A DNA stretch of 64,000 nt. Source: Trichodelitschia bisporula (lineage: Eukaryota). The position numbers and the translations under genes are program-made. Below the pieces are notes generated by a model that saw only the letters and a list, made by a program, of their open reading frames with translations, made no database searches and was not told where the DNA came from. Below are positions 50,301-61,985 of this stretch, one piece after another; the first letter of the stretch is position 1; each line of letters begins with the position of its first letter. The stretch covers positions 819,646 to 883,645 of the forward strand of contig ML996699.1 of assembly GCA_010356995.1 (NCBI GenBank), in the 5' to 3' direction.

Positions 50301-50953
50301 TATCCCGTACAAGACGGTTCGTGAGCTCAGGAAGCCTATCACGTCCAACGCCTTAGTGTACGCTCGGTCGCACACTTTGGCACAGGTGCAGCCTCAGGCT
50401 GTGACCTCAACTCCGCCGCGCGCTGTGGCGATCAAAGAGCCTCAGCGAACCCAAACACGCACTTTGAAGGACCAACTGAGCCCGGAAGTCGGGGGTAGTA
50501 TGAAGCGCGCAATCGCGGGCTTCCTTTCTGAGGTGCCGAATAATACCCGCGTACCGACCAAGCGGAGCTCGCCTCGTCCTGACCCATCTGCTACCCCACG
50601 CCCCGTCAAGAAGGCTAGGATCGACAAGGCCGCCATTGCCGTTGGAGAAGGCTCTGAAGTTCAGGCTGATAAACAGGACGCGCAGACGGAGCTTTCCGGC
50701 AGCCAGCCTCTGCTAGCAACAACGTCAGCACACTTCAAGCCGCCCCCGCCGCTTCGTGCTTCCTCCCCTCTGCCCTCGCGCGCAAAATCGTCGCTAGCCA
50801 CGGCCGCAGCACCTGCGGGTCGCGGCAAGCGGCGCGAGAGCAAGGGTGAGTACACACCGGGGCATCGTGACTGGTGGAGCACACGTATATGCTGACGGTT
50901 TGTCAGGTGAGCGATACCGCATGCGGTTTGCACAGGAGCTCGGACGGGCTTGA
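47392..50953 (+). CDS. Large coiled-coil protein (~1100 aa) with disordered ends, 5 exons
   Basis: Four ORFs plus a short last exon are joined in frame by introns 47675-47723, 48880-48922, 49362-49404 (GC donor) and 50846-50906; ends GERYRMRFAQELGRA*. Confidence 0.8.
49699..49839 (+). repeat. 69-bp (23-aa) tandem duplication within the coiled coil
   Basis: EKLLA(D/E)(A/T)EAKHKTELANQEKRLK occurs twice. Confidence 0.9.
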
Positions 50954-52212
50954 TTGCTTCGGGACGATCAGGCCGGACGGTGGACTAGGGAGATCCTGGT
51001 ATTGCGGGGTATTGATGGGGGCGGTTATTAGGGGGGAGATTTGAAGTCACGAGGGGATTTTCGGTTTGATGTCTTGCTGAGGGAATTCGGATTGGGGCAG
51101 TTTTGCGCTGGTAGGTTGATTTGTGGTTCTTGATGTATTGCTGAAGGGGGTCAGATTGCTGCCCGATGTCCGGGGGCGAGGAGGTGGTAATGGAGTATGG
51201 TTCTTGCGAGGGGTAATGTGTAGGGCTCTCTTGCGTTGTAATTGAGGTCGTTTGCGATGCTGTTTACGCACGAACATTTTGCGGGTTGGAAAGTGGGGAC
51301 CTGCTTTGATGTTGTTTCCTCTGCCCGGGACCGCGAGAGCGTCCATCCAACGAAAGCGACGGGACTTGTTTCCGCGGAATGGAGATTGGTTGAAAAAGAT
51401 GGGGACGGGATTCCAGCCCATGCCATTAAGTATCAAGTCTACCACCATGGCCTCGCCTCTTCCTCCGGCCGGGAGGCAGCTAGGATGCACCCCGCCCGGC
51501 CGCCCCCGCAGACGCAGGAACGCGGCCTCGCCCTGCCCCTCCTGTGTCCCGCACCCTTGTCCCTGGACCTGGCCCTGGAAAGCCGGGTGCGGTCCGGAGC
51601 GGAGCGGTCGGCAAGGTCGGGCGCTCGGGCGCCGGGATCGGGGGTGTAGTTCTAAATAGCGACGGGGAAAATGTTATAAAGGGGAAATACGAGGTGGGTG
51701 TCGCAGCGATTGATGGGTGGCTGTTGAGAGAGGGTTCAGATCGAGACCAAGGTGCGAGATGAGCCCGATGCGCCGTGGAAGGGTGGGTGTTTTGGAGGGC
51801 GTCGGATCAGGGCTAAGGTGCGAGATGAGTTGAAGCCGATCTGCGCGGCGGGTGGACACATCGCGATGTTTGTGGCGAGGACTGCTGAATTACCGTTCCC
51901 GCCTACTCCAAATGTACAAGACCCCAATAGAGCTTCCTATGCTACAATTTGCCCAGCGGACAAAAAAAAAACCACTGTCCCCTTTTCCCGCTGTAACGGA
52001 CAGAAAGTCTAAGACAGCTTTTTAACACCCTTTTATGCGCCCCGTTACCCGCCATCCCCTATCCCCTATCGTAACCCTGCGCACAAGAAAGGAAGACGCC
52101 CCTTTGTAAACCCGTGCATCAAACCCAGACACCCCCATAAACTCCGTCCCACCGAACTTTTGTCGTACGCCCCGTAAAACACCAGATCGGAGAACGCTCA
52201 AACCCACCCCCA

Positions 52213-54477
52213 TTACCATCCCAGAACAATCCATCCCCCAATCCCCAACGCACCCACAACCACATACGGCATAGCCAACCACACCCCCACACCCCAACTC
52301 CAGCGCACCTCCCTCGCCTCCGGCGCAGGCCGCCAAACACCCCTCTTGTCCTTAACCATCCGCGCCCTACGCCCCTCGCCCATATCGTGATGTGGCGGGC
52401 GAAGCGCGTACCACACGGGCGTCAACAGCGCAGGGATACGCTCAAGTCCAAGTCCGGGAAACAGTGGTCCCGCCAGGAGTGCCGTCAGCAGTCCAGGCCA
52501 GTCCACCCGCCCTTTCTCCCTCCACTCGCGCTCCCGCAGTCCCATCGTTACGATTCCCATGCCCACAAGCCCGAACATGAACACCACAAACACAGGAAAC
52601 CAGCAGAGCCCGTGGCTACGCTGGACGGCAAGGAGGCGCGCAAACGGCTGCGCAGGCAAAACACCCGGGCGTGGGCGCCGCGCGTCGGGCGACGGACTCG
52701 CGGGGCGCGAGCGTTGCTTCTCCTTTTCCTTCTCTTTCTCTTTGGTCACCGCCGGCGTCCCGACCGCAACCGCGGGCGCTTTCCCGGTGACCACGAAACC
52801 GAGGCGCTTGCCACCCCAGCTCAGCGGCAGCAGTTCGCGAATCACGGCGGCGGCGAGGAAGGGCGCCATCCATGCCTCAGAGTCGGCGGCGCGGAGTACG
52901 GCGCGGAAGGTGAGATCGTGAGTGGCGGCGCCGCCGCGGAGACGCGCGAGCCACGATGCAGCGCTCAGTTCGCGGATGCGGGCGGCGAGGAAGAAAGCCA
53001 CGTAGGCACCGACGGCGCGGCGCAGATCGGCGGTGCAAGTGTGCGCGATGAAAGGTTGGGCGGAGGCGAGGCACGCGGCGAGCAGGGCCCAGGAGGCGCA
53101 GCGCAGCACGGAGGTGGTGAATGGCTTTGTGCTGTGGGCGAGGTTGGCGAGGCGCTGCGCCAGTGTCGTCTGCTTGATGAGGTACCGGCGAGAAGACGGG
53201 GAGGAGGAAGCTGGGAGCAGGAAGAAGGAAAGGTCAAGGCCGTTCATGAAGTTGCCGACGCCCTGGGGAGCAGGTTAGCTAAGTGTTCCGGGAACGAAGA
53301 ATGGAAAAGGGACGAGTGCCTTACCCATCGCTTGCGCTGCCTCACGTGACGCTCAAACGTTTCCGGCTGGAGGCCCCATTGCAGCTTCTCATTGACATAC
53401 ACAACGTGCCAGCCGCGGCCATTTTGCAGCCAGCTGAGGAGGATGTCTTCGCTGATTGAATACTCCGGAAAGCCGCCGACGTCCCTAAGGGCCTCGCGGG
53501 ACACAATGAAGCCTGTGCCAGGACAGTAGCCGGCTTTGTGGGCATCCCGGATAAGCTCTTCGTCGTCCGAATGGATGAGCGTACGCTGGTTAAAGGGATC
53601 CGAGGGTGGGATGTTGTAGAAGTGCTGTGGTTCTGTGAGCTTTTTTTGCCTTTTTCGGCCGTTTTGGTCCAGGCCCAAAGCTTACCTGAGGCGCCGCCAC
53701 TATCCCAACCCCCGGGACGCCAGTCTCCGCCACCATGGCTCGCAGCATCTCGGGCTCGGGGATCATGTCGGCATCCAGAATGGCAACCCATGCACTCTGC
53801 TCCCCCGCAAGACTATCGGCATAGCGCAGAGCGGCATTGAGATTGCCGCTCTTGAAGCCGGCAGCCCCGCCCCGACTATGATAGTGCAGGTGGGGAAACT
53901 CTTGGCTCAATGTGCCAATGTTGGCAGCCAGCATAGCGTCGCCGCCGTCGTCAGCCACAATAATGCGGACCTTGTGCTGGGGGTAGTCCAGCACACAGGC
54001 GGCGTGAACTGTGTCGAGAACAATGTCCCGGTCTTCACCACAAACAGTGATGATCACATCGATAGCTGGAAATAGCGGCGGTCCCGAGGGACGGCGCTTT
54101 GGTGTGCGTGGATGCGCATCGGAGATGCGCAGGGCGGAACTGACTCGCCAGACAAGATCGATAAGCGACGAAGCTGCAGACCGGGGTTAGATGTAACGCG
54201 TGATGCGGGGTTGGGGAAGGACAGTGCCGAATGGCAAAGAGTGTGTGACACAACATATGCCTTACATACCATGGTTGCACAGCGATGCAGCAAAAAACAC
54301 CCACGGCCAGAATACCAGGCGCTGACTCGTATGCTGCACGCGCACAACGTTAACCACAAGCACCACCCAGTAGCGGAGCAGTAAGCCCAGCGTGACAAGG
54401 TTCAGGACAATGTGGGGAAGAGAGTAGGCGGGGCCCAAAAGGCTTAAGCCTGAGGCGAGAGATTTCAGCGACCACAT
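52213..54477 (-). CDS. Cellulose-synthase-like processive GT2 glycosyltransferase (CelA/Tft1-type), 4 exons
   Basis: Motifs IDVIITVCGE, DDG, FKSGNLN, DADM, APQHFYN, SISED, QRKRW and gating-loop-like FVVTGK; introns 54174-54269, 53625-53685 and 53263-53324. Confidence 0.88.
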
Positions 54478-56246
54478 CGCTGGGCCATAAACCCAGAGCA
54501 GCAGTATGTGAGAAAGAGACTGCAAGCGAAGGGGCGGACAAAGTGAGCGGGGGTTGTCTTGCAGAAGGGGAGGGGGAGAGTAGTGAAAAAAGAAAAAGAA
54601 GTGTTTGGGGATTGGGTAGAATTTCGAGAGCACGGCGGCATTATGAAGTATGAAGACCATTTCACGAAGGGGGGGGGTGGTTGTTCCGGATTGCCAAGAG
54701 CTAATGTGGTTGTTCTAGGTGGCCAAGAGCTAATGCAAGTGACCGATTGTAAGGTGAGGGATTGCAAGTGGCCGATGAGGGGGGACGGGCCACAGGCAAG
54801 CAGCCGCCTGTAGTGTAGATAGTGGTGGTGCGTGTGTAGTGTAGTGTCCATCGCTGAGGATGGGACGACAGCGCGCGCGAGAGAGAGAGCGGACGGGCCA
54901 ACCAAGCATAGCCGAGCGCGAGAGTGAGGGGTGGAATGATGGTGAGGAGTGGGAGGGGTGTAATGATGCGCGTTTGATTATCATGGCCGGGGAACTGAGC
55001 CTAGGTTTTGGGAGGTTGATGATGGGTGGGAGCGGAGGGGTGGGGTGGGAAAGATGGGGGCCAAGGGAAGTAGAGAGTGAGAAAGAGACGGGAGAGATGA
55101 GACGGAAGGGACGAGAGGGACGAAACGAGGGGGGAGAAGAAAGAGATGAGACGAGACGAAAGAGACGAAAGAGAGCGAGAGAGAGAGAAACAGACGCGTG
55201 TATGAAATCAGCAAGAGTGGAGCAGCGCAACAAACAGTAAAGAGGGTGATTTAATGGGGGGCTTGTGGGTTAATCAGGCAGAGGCTCCGGCGAGCATGGC
55301 AGGTCCAGGACGGTGACGGTTTGGAGAGAGGTACAGCACGCGGATTGCAGGGAGTCTTGTTGACGGATGGTGTCTGGTTAGTGAGGATGGACAATTGGGA
55401 GAATGCGGAGAGTAAAGAGAGTAGAGCAGCGTTCTTGGATAGACAGCACTCTCGTGGTCCCAGCTCCCTTAGTTCCTCTGCTGCGTCATGGCTTGTGCCA
55501 TTCGGAGGTCAAGCGCGAGGAAACAATCACAAGGAGAAGCACTCGGAAGCTGTCAAGTGTCAAAAGTCAATTCGTCTTTTTAGACTGTTCTGCAAACGAC
55601 CTAATCCCAGAAAAGATCGACGCTGCGAGTCTGGGGATGGAAGCACTGGGTAGATGAACAAGCCCCATGCCTGCAAGGCCTTAATAGCCACCGTTCTACT
55701 GCTTGGGGTCAATTAAGCAATCAACGGGCCGTGCATTTGGGGGAAGAGAGAGGAAGGTGGTAGGATAAAGCGGAGGGAGCGAAGGGAGCAGAGTGAGATG
55801 AGGTAGCAGAGGGATCAAAGAGCAGAGAGCGGAGGGATATCAGGAAGCAGAGGGAGGCGAGGGACACGAGTGGAGACCAGAGAGAGTAGCAGGCAAACAA
55901 AACGCTTGGTACTAATGGTCGGATTGATTGATGTAGTGGCATGATTGGTTGGGCGGGGGATGCTGACGGCCTACGGCACTGATAGACGCTGCTGCGAGGC
56001 GTGCAGGGAGATGGATGCAGGAAGCGTGCATTAGCATGCATCATGGTGTATTGGGGGGTGGGGGGGGGTTGGGATCGGTACAAGCTGTTACGGTAGATGA
56101 GGGGCAGCAGGAAGTGGAGCGATGGTGATAGATGTAGATGAGGCGGCGAGGAGAGTGGCATGGCAGAGAGCGCGGTTCAATGGACGGACGAAGCTGAAGA
56201 TGATCTGGAGGCCTAGTTCTAGTTCTAGAAGGGGAGACCAGAGCGA

Positions 56247-56336
56247 GGTGAAGGTGAAGGTGAAGGTGAAGGTGAAGGTGAAGGTGAAGGTGAAGGTGAA
56301 GGTGAAGGTGAAGGTGAAGGTGAAGGTGAAGGTGAA
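56247..56336 (+). repeat. (GGTGAA)~15 microsatellite
   Basis: Perfect hexamer array. Confidence 0.95.
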
Positions 56337-56392
56337 GCAGTGGAGTTGATGGGACGATGTGTCCTTGAGAAGTCTTGTGGTGTGATGTGTGG

Positions 56393-56430
56393 TGTGAGGT
56401 GTGAGGTGTGAGGTGTGAGGTGTGAGGTGT
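56393..56430 (+). repeat. (TGTGAGG)~5 heptamer repeat
   Basis: Perfect tandem array. Confidence 0.9.
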
Positions 56431-56999
56431 TGAAGTCCTGTTGGATGTCGTCTGTTGGATCGTCGTCTGTGGTGTTGAGGCTGTTCCTACCACTGATGAC
56501 CCATGGCTGTGCTGTGCGAATGGCTGGTGGGCTGAAAGCTGCACATCAATAGGTAACGTGACTTGGCTCTCTGGTCCTTCTCCACACGCAGTGGCTGAGG
56601 TCGTGATGACGCAACATTGCGCCTATCTTGAACCTCCGCAACCTCCACCGTGCATGTGCATGCATCGGCCCCTCACCATGTTCCATCTCCGACGACAGAG
56701 CTCCGGCTTGGTATCTCGAACCTATTTCTCTTCACCGTCTCTTCTTTTTTCCTTTCTTCCTTTCTTCCTTTCTCCCCTTCTCTTCTCTTTTTCTTCTTCT
56801 TCGTATCGACCTCTCTTTTCTCTACGCTAGAACCAATCTCCTGATCGCCCCCCAATTACGCCTGGTATCCTCGTCAACTTCCTTCGCACGGTACCAAGCT
56901 TCATCTCTTCATCTGTCCAAATCCAAAGCTCCGGATGCTCCGAAAGCTCACTACCCTACTCCATCCTGCCGACCAGACCATGTTCAATATCTCTCCGTC

Positions 57000-58907
57000 A
57001 TGAGAGTCCCAGCTTCCGTCCCGCTGCAGGTAGATGTCCTCCCCCCAAGATGAGAGAGAACAAAAAAGAAAACCGGCTGAACCAATCGCAATCCCCAGGT
57101 GTCTGCTGCCGTACCCGAACAGCCCATCCCCGTAATCCTCCCGGATTTGCCCATTTCAGCAGCTCTGCTATTCCTGTTCCTGGCAGGCTTAGCGGCCCAT
57201 ATCGCATGCATCTGGCGTGCTCCCCGCACGAACCCGCTGCACCATGCCGACCCTCGTTTGGCCAGGTTGTCTCTTCTGGTAGCCGGTACGTACCCCCCCC
57301 CCGTTTCTTTGCTATAAACTCTTGCCCTTCATCCAATGAGAATTTTTTCTTTGCTTTGATTGTCCTTCCCAAATTGACCCCCTATACTGGGTCTTATCTT
57401 ATGGAGAGCACGGTTTTCTGGAAGCCCCATGTTATGGAGCGCGGATTATTGCAAAGCCCCTTCCCTTTGTCGTCATCTAAACTCCGAAATGCTCTTCTCC
57501 GCCAACGAAAGAACCCCAAAACTAGTATTTTGCGCCCTCCGTCTGGCCACCATGTCCATCCGCGTCGCATGGGCCACGGCTCCCGCCTCTCCCCCAGACG
57601 CTAGTCGGGCGGTAGGGCTCGCCCTTGCGGACGATGCCCTGGTGGCCGCCGCCGCTCCGCTGCTGTACATCGCCAACCTGGGTGTCGCGCATGCTCTATT
57701 CCGCGCCCGCCACCCGCACCTGCCCTGGAAGTGGTGCGCCGCCGTCGCTGTGGCAGGCTACGCCCTCGCTGCTGCCGTCCTCCTGCTCGTTGCGCTGCTC
57801 GCCGATGCACGCATCCAGACGGCGCTCCAGCTCTGGCGCATGGCCCAGACGCAGGGCAACCCGCACATGTCTGCCGATAGCTACGGCGTATCTCCGCTGC
57901 AGGTCGATGCTACGCTGCAGCGCGCCGGGACCACGCTTCTCGCGATCATCGCCGCATTGCCCATTGTGCTAGTCGTCGCGAGCGCACTCGACCGCAAGAA
58001 ACGGTCAGATGAAGAAACCGCCGCGTCGGTGACCTTTTCTCGCCCCACCAGCATCCCCATCAGCATGACCTCCACCACTGCACTCATTACCGCGTCGGCG
58101 CCTCCCACGCGCGTCGTGCTCGAACCCTACTCCTCCGAGGGATTGGGAACGGCCCTGTGGACGCTAGGCACCGTGTCCGTGGTACTTCTCTTCCACGCGT
58201 CCTGGGACGCGGCTATGGCCTGGATGCCAGTGCCGGCGCCGCTAACGCCCCGGCCGGCGCACTGGTTCGCGGGTAAGCCCGCGTGGTACACTGTGCATTT
58301 TGTCTCTGAGCTGCTCGCTGTGTTTATACTGCTTGCCGCCATGTGGTTGCCCAACCTGCGCGACCGCGTCAAGGAGCCGAAGCCGAAGGGGGAGAAGAAG
58401 AAGCCAGTCAAGAAACCGCTGGCTGAGAAAGCACCTGTCGAGCAAGATGCCGTTCCCGCTGCCGCCCCGCCCACGCCGGAGGAGCTCGAGGAAGATGAGG
58501 AGGAACCGGGCAGTCAGCCGGCACGAACTCCGTCACCAGCCAGCACGGTCTGCGTGTTTGCTGAGGGCGAGCTGTTCGACAACAGCGCCACGCTCGCAGA
58601 CACGCTTGCTTTTGGCCGCACAAGCATCCTGCTGGACAAGAACAGCGGCCAGTGGGCAATGAAGCGCAAAGGGGAAGGCCCCGGCAGCGGTACTGGCTTT
58701 GCCAGTGGGCCTGGTAGTCTAAATGGAGCGCGCCATGCTGGGGAGCCCAGCCGCAGTCGACCGCGTATCATCGATGCCGTCGACGAGCCTGCCCCCCGGC
58801 GCGGCGAGCTACGGGACTCGCAGCCCAGTCTACTGCGGCCGCCGCGCAACTCGACCGAGGCGGCATTTGATGAGAACGCGTTGGCCCTTTTCCAGCGCTG
58901 GGAGTAG
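57000..58907 (+). CDS. DUF3112-like multi-pass membrane protein, 3 exons (first exon tentative)
   Basis: DLPISAALLFLFLAGLAAH, FCALRLATMSIRVAWA and LLYIANL..AH..FRARHP resemble the DUF3112 family; introns 57030-57098 and 57286-57525. Confidence 0.7.
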
Positions 58908-59775
58908 CGGCTACTGTGGTGTGCTTGTGTTTCTGGGATAGGAGTTTAGATCGGCTGGGGGTTTCCGCGCGGGAGCGGTTGGGCGGGTGTTTGGGATGTA
59001 GTGGATGGGGTGTTACGGGGGGTGGGAAGGGGGAAGGAAGGATGTGCTCGGTACTAGGCGATTGCGGATGCGGGGATATGATGGTACGATCGGGACGCAC
59101 GTAATGCCGCAGTTTGATCGGAAGCGCCTCGCTTGTTCACCCATGAGCCCGATAGCATACTTTCCCAAGGCCCGCCGGCCATCGAATTGGAACTAGAACT
59201 ACAATCCCGACCTCGGGGCCAAGCACACGCGAACGCGAGCGAACGGACGTCTATAATCTTTCATCCAGCACTTACCTGTCCGCCACCACCCCTCGCCAGC
59301 CACTCGGCGGCAAGCCCTCCGCCTCGTATGCGCGCGGACACTGCCCCGCGTCTGCGCCTTTTTTGCGCCGAGGGCCGCACGTACGGCCGTGTGTAGTTCT
59401 AATTACTTCGGCCGGATCACATGTCTCGCTTTCCCCTGGCGGTCCGATTTGCTACTACCGGGTCCTCGGCGGCCGGAGCGGGGCGGGAGGAGCCGCCCGT
59501 TTTTGGACGCCGGTGTCGTGGCTGTGGGGGGGGGGGGGGTGTGGTGTGTTTTGGACAGATGGATGTGAGTGGTGGGCGGGGAAGCGCTTGTTCTGGAAGG
59601 TTTCTGTTTATGGTATTAGGGGGGCGGGCGGTTTGGGGTTTATGGCTGCGGGACCTTCTGGAAGGGGGGAGGGGGGAGGGTGAAACGTGTGTGCGATTGA
59701 TGGGTTTTATGGGAGGTTATGAATGTGTGTACAGGAAGGTATGCAGTATGTACATGGAGACTATGAAGGTGGAAT

Positions 59776-61119
59776 TTATGTACCTGCGAGGAGTGACTCG
59801 GCCCACTCCTCGATGCGCGTGTACCCGCTCGGCATGATCTCCATCGGGTTCTCCACCCTCCACTCGGCACCGCCCGCCCTCCCCTCCATCTCCTTCACCA
59901 CCTCCGAGCCTTCCCTTCCGACCCGCCCCTCAGCCTCATACATCAACCGTTCCCACGTCTTCGCCTCCCTCCGCGACCACCACCGCCGCCTCACGCCCCC
60001 CTTCTCCATCAACCCAGCCATAACCCCCTCCTTCTCACTCTCAATCAACTCCCCCTCCTTCCCCCAACTCCGCACCTCCCGCACAATCCGCGCGTCCACC
60101 CCGTCGCGGAAACGACTCGCCCCGGCGCCGGCCAATACCTTCTCCAGCGCTTCTTTCGCACTGAGCAGGCTCGCCGGCCCCGGGTAGGGAAACGGTGCGG
60201 TGACGAGATTCATCCCCCCGTAGGCGGAGGAATTCCCCGCCGGCAGCAAGCGGCCATTCAGCGCGCCGTCCCTATCCGCGTCGAGGTAATTATCCGCGAC
60301 GTACGCGTGGAACGTCTCCGTCCCCCGCGTAAACGCATGCGTCTTCCCCGAACTCGGGCCGGAAATGAAGTAGTTTCCGCGCACATTAGCCTGCGACTCC
60401 CCCTCCGACCCGCCAGCGATGTATGCCCCCCCACCCCCCCAATTATATACCACACAATTAACAAAATCGCTCCTCCCCTTAACCTTCGGATTCCGCGTCT
60501 TGTTATCCGCATACAAATTCCTAATCATACTCACCCCTCCCCCCGTCTGTATCAACCCCCCCGCCGAGTGCGGCGTCAGCCCTTGCGCGATGATGCTGTC
60601 CTGGATGGAAATGTTCCCCGCGTTACCCCCGTTGATGCTGAATGTTTCGTCCCGGCCCCAGGAGGCGGAGACGTGGTCGAAGAGCATGTCGTGCCCGTGG
60701 GCGATGGTGAGCGCGTCTTTGCCCTTGGATCCGCCGGCGCCCATGCGCACGCGGATGTAGCGGACGATGGAGCCGTCGGCTCCGGAGGCGCTGACGCCAT
60801 TGCCGTAGATTGTGATGCCTGGGGAGGGCGCTGTTTGGCCTAGGATGGAGGTGGATTTGGGGATTACGAGGCGGTCTTTGATGGGGATTACGCCGCCGAC
60901 GGTGAAGGTTATTATCCGGCCTGGTTGGGAGAGGGCGTCGCGCAAGCTGCCCGCCCCGCTGTCGGCTAGTGTCGTTACCACGAAACTAGTGCCTGCGCGG
61001 CCGCCCGTGGCATGCGCGCCGAAGCCTTCGGCGCCGGGGAAGGCTACTAGAGGGCTGGCGAGGGCGAGGGAGGGGAGGGTGAGGGTGAGGGTGAGGAGGG
61101 TGAGAGGGTGGAGGAGCAT
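59776..61119 (-). CDS. plyC: Secreted pectate lyase, PL1 (PlyC-like)
   Basis: Signal peptide; motifs AFPGAEGFG..ATGGR.G, DSGAGSLRDALS, GQTAP, DHVSASWGRDETFS, TRNPKVKG and VVYNWG. Confidence 0.92.
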   Translation of the reverse strand: MLLHPLTLLTLTLTLPSLALASPLVAFPGAEGFGAHATGGRAGTSFVVTTLADSGAGSLRDALSQPGRIITFTVGGVIPIKDRLVIPKSTSILGQTAPSPGITIYGNGVSASGADGSIVRYIRVRMGAGGSKGKDALTIAHGHDMLFDHVSASWGRDETFSINGGNAGNISIQDSIIAQGLTPHSAGGLIQTGGGVSMIRNLYADNKTRNPKVKGRSDFVNCVVYNWGGGGAYIAGGSEGESQANVRGNYFISGPSSGKTHAFTRGTETFHAYVADNYLDADRDGALNGRLLPAGNSSAYGGMNLVTAPFPYPGPASLLSAKEALEKVLAGAGASRFRDGVDARIVREVRSWGKEGELIESEKEGVMAGLMEKGGVRRRWWSRREAKTWERLMYEAEGRVGREGSEVVKEMEGRAGGAEWRVENPMEIMPSGYTRIEEWAESLLAGT

Positions 61120-61985
61120 GGTGGCTACGGTGGAGGACGCGAGGTCCGATGGTGGCCGAAGGGCGCTGGCTAGTCGGTTAGCCGACCTCGTACGGAACCC
61201 GGAGGTAACGCGCGGGACTTACGGTGCGCGCGTTGCGGTGCGTCGGTTACGGGCGCGTCCGCGAGGGAAGGAGCGGAGGCCGGATACTGTGGTGGGAGCG
61301 AGCGCGGTACGACGGAAGTGAGCGTATGGTAGATGGAAACGAATGAACGGTATGCCGGCAGACAACGAATGAACGACAGAAACAGCCCGAAAGGTGGCTC
61401 GCAGTTCACTATCCCGAAACTGGTGACGGCCTATGCACAGTCTGCGTCGTAGATGGCCTCTCTCCAACATCCAACCGCAACTCCACACACCCCATCAGTC
61501 AATCTGTCCCTCCACCTCCTCTCCACATCCCAATCTGAAACGCACCTCCGCCTCTTCCCATCGCGCCTCACATATATTACTCCCCCCATAAACATCCCCG
61601 CCTCCGCGCTTCGGCTCGGCTCGGCTCCTTTCCTGCGAAAGCGTGAGAGGTATACAAGCGCGCGTAGGGCAATACACGAGCCCGGCGCGCATATCGCGAA
61701 AAACCGGTAAAAAGTGGAGAAAAGGCGCGAGACAAATATCCCCGCGCGCTTGCGATTGCTGGATGGTCAACTTGTATGCGGTCCGCGGCTGCTCTGCCCC
61801 CCTCCCTCCCAGGCGCTCCTATTTCCCCATTCTCTTCCACCTGCATCTCCGCGGCGCCGGTCCGTGGAGCCGAGGATATCGCGATAGACGACGCCTCTAA
61901 CCCAGCCGCGGTAATGCACCTCGCCTGAACAGGATAAGGAGTGAAGACGCCACCGTACGCACGATACGTAGTACAATCCCCAGCC

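Noticed and set aside
56122..56349. (VK)n / (HL)n ORFs
   Set aside because: Translations of the GGTGAA microsatellite.
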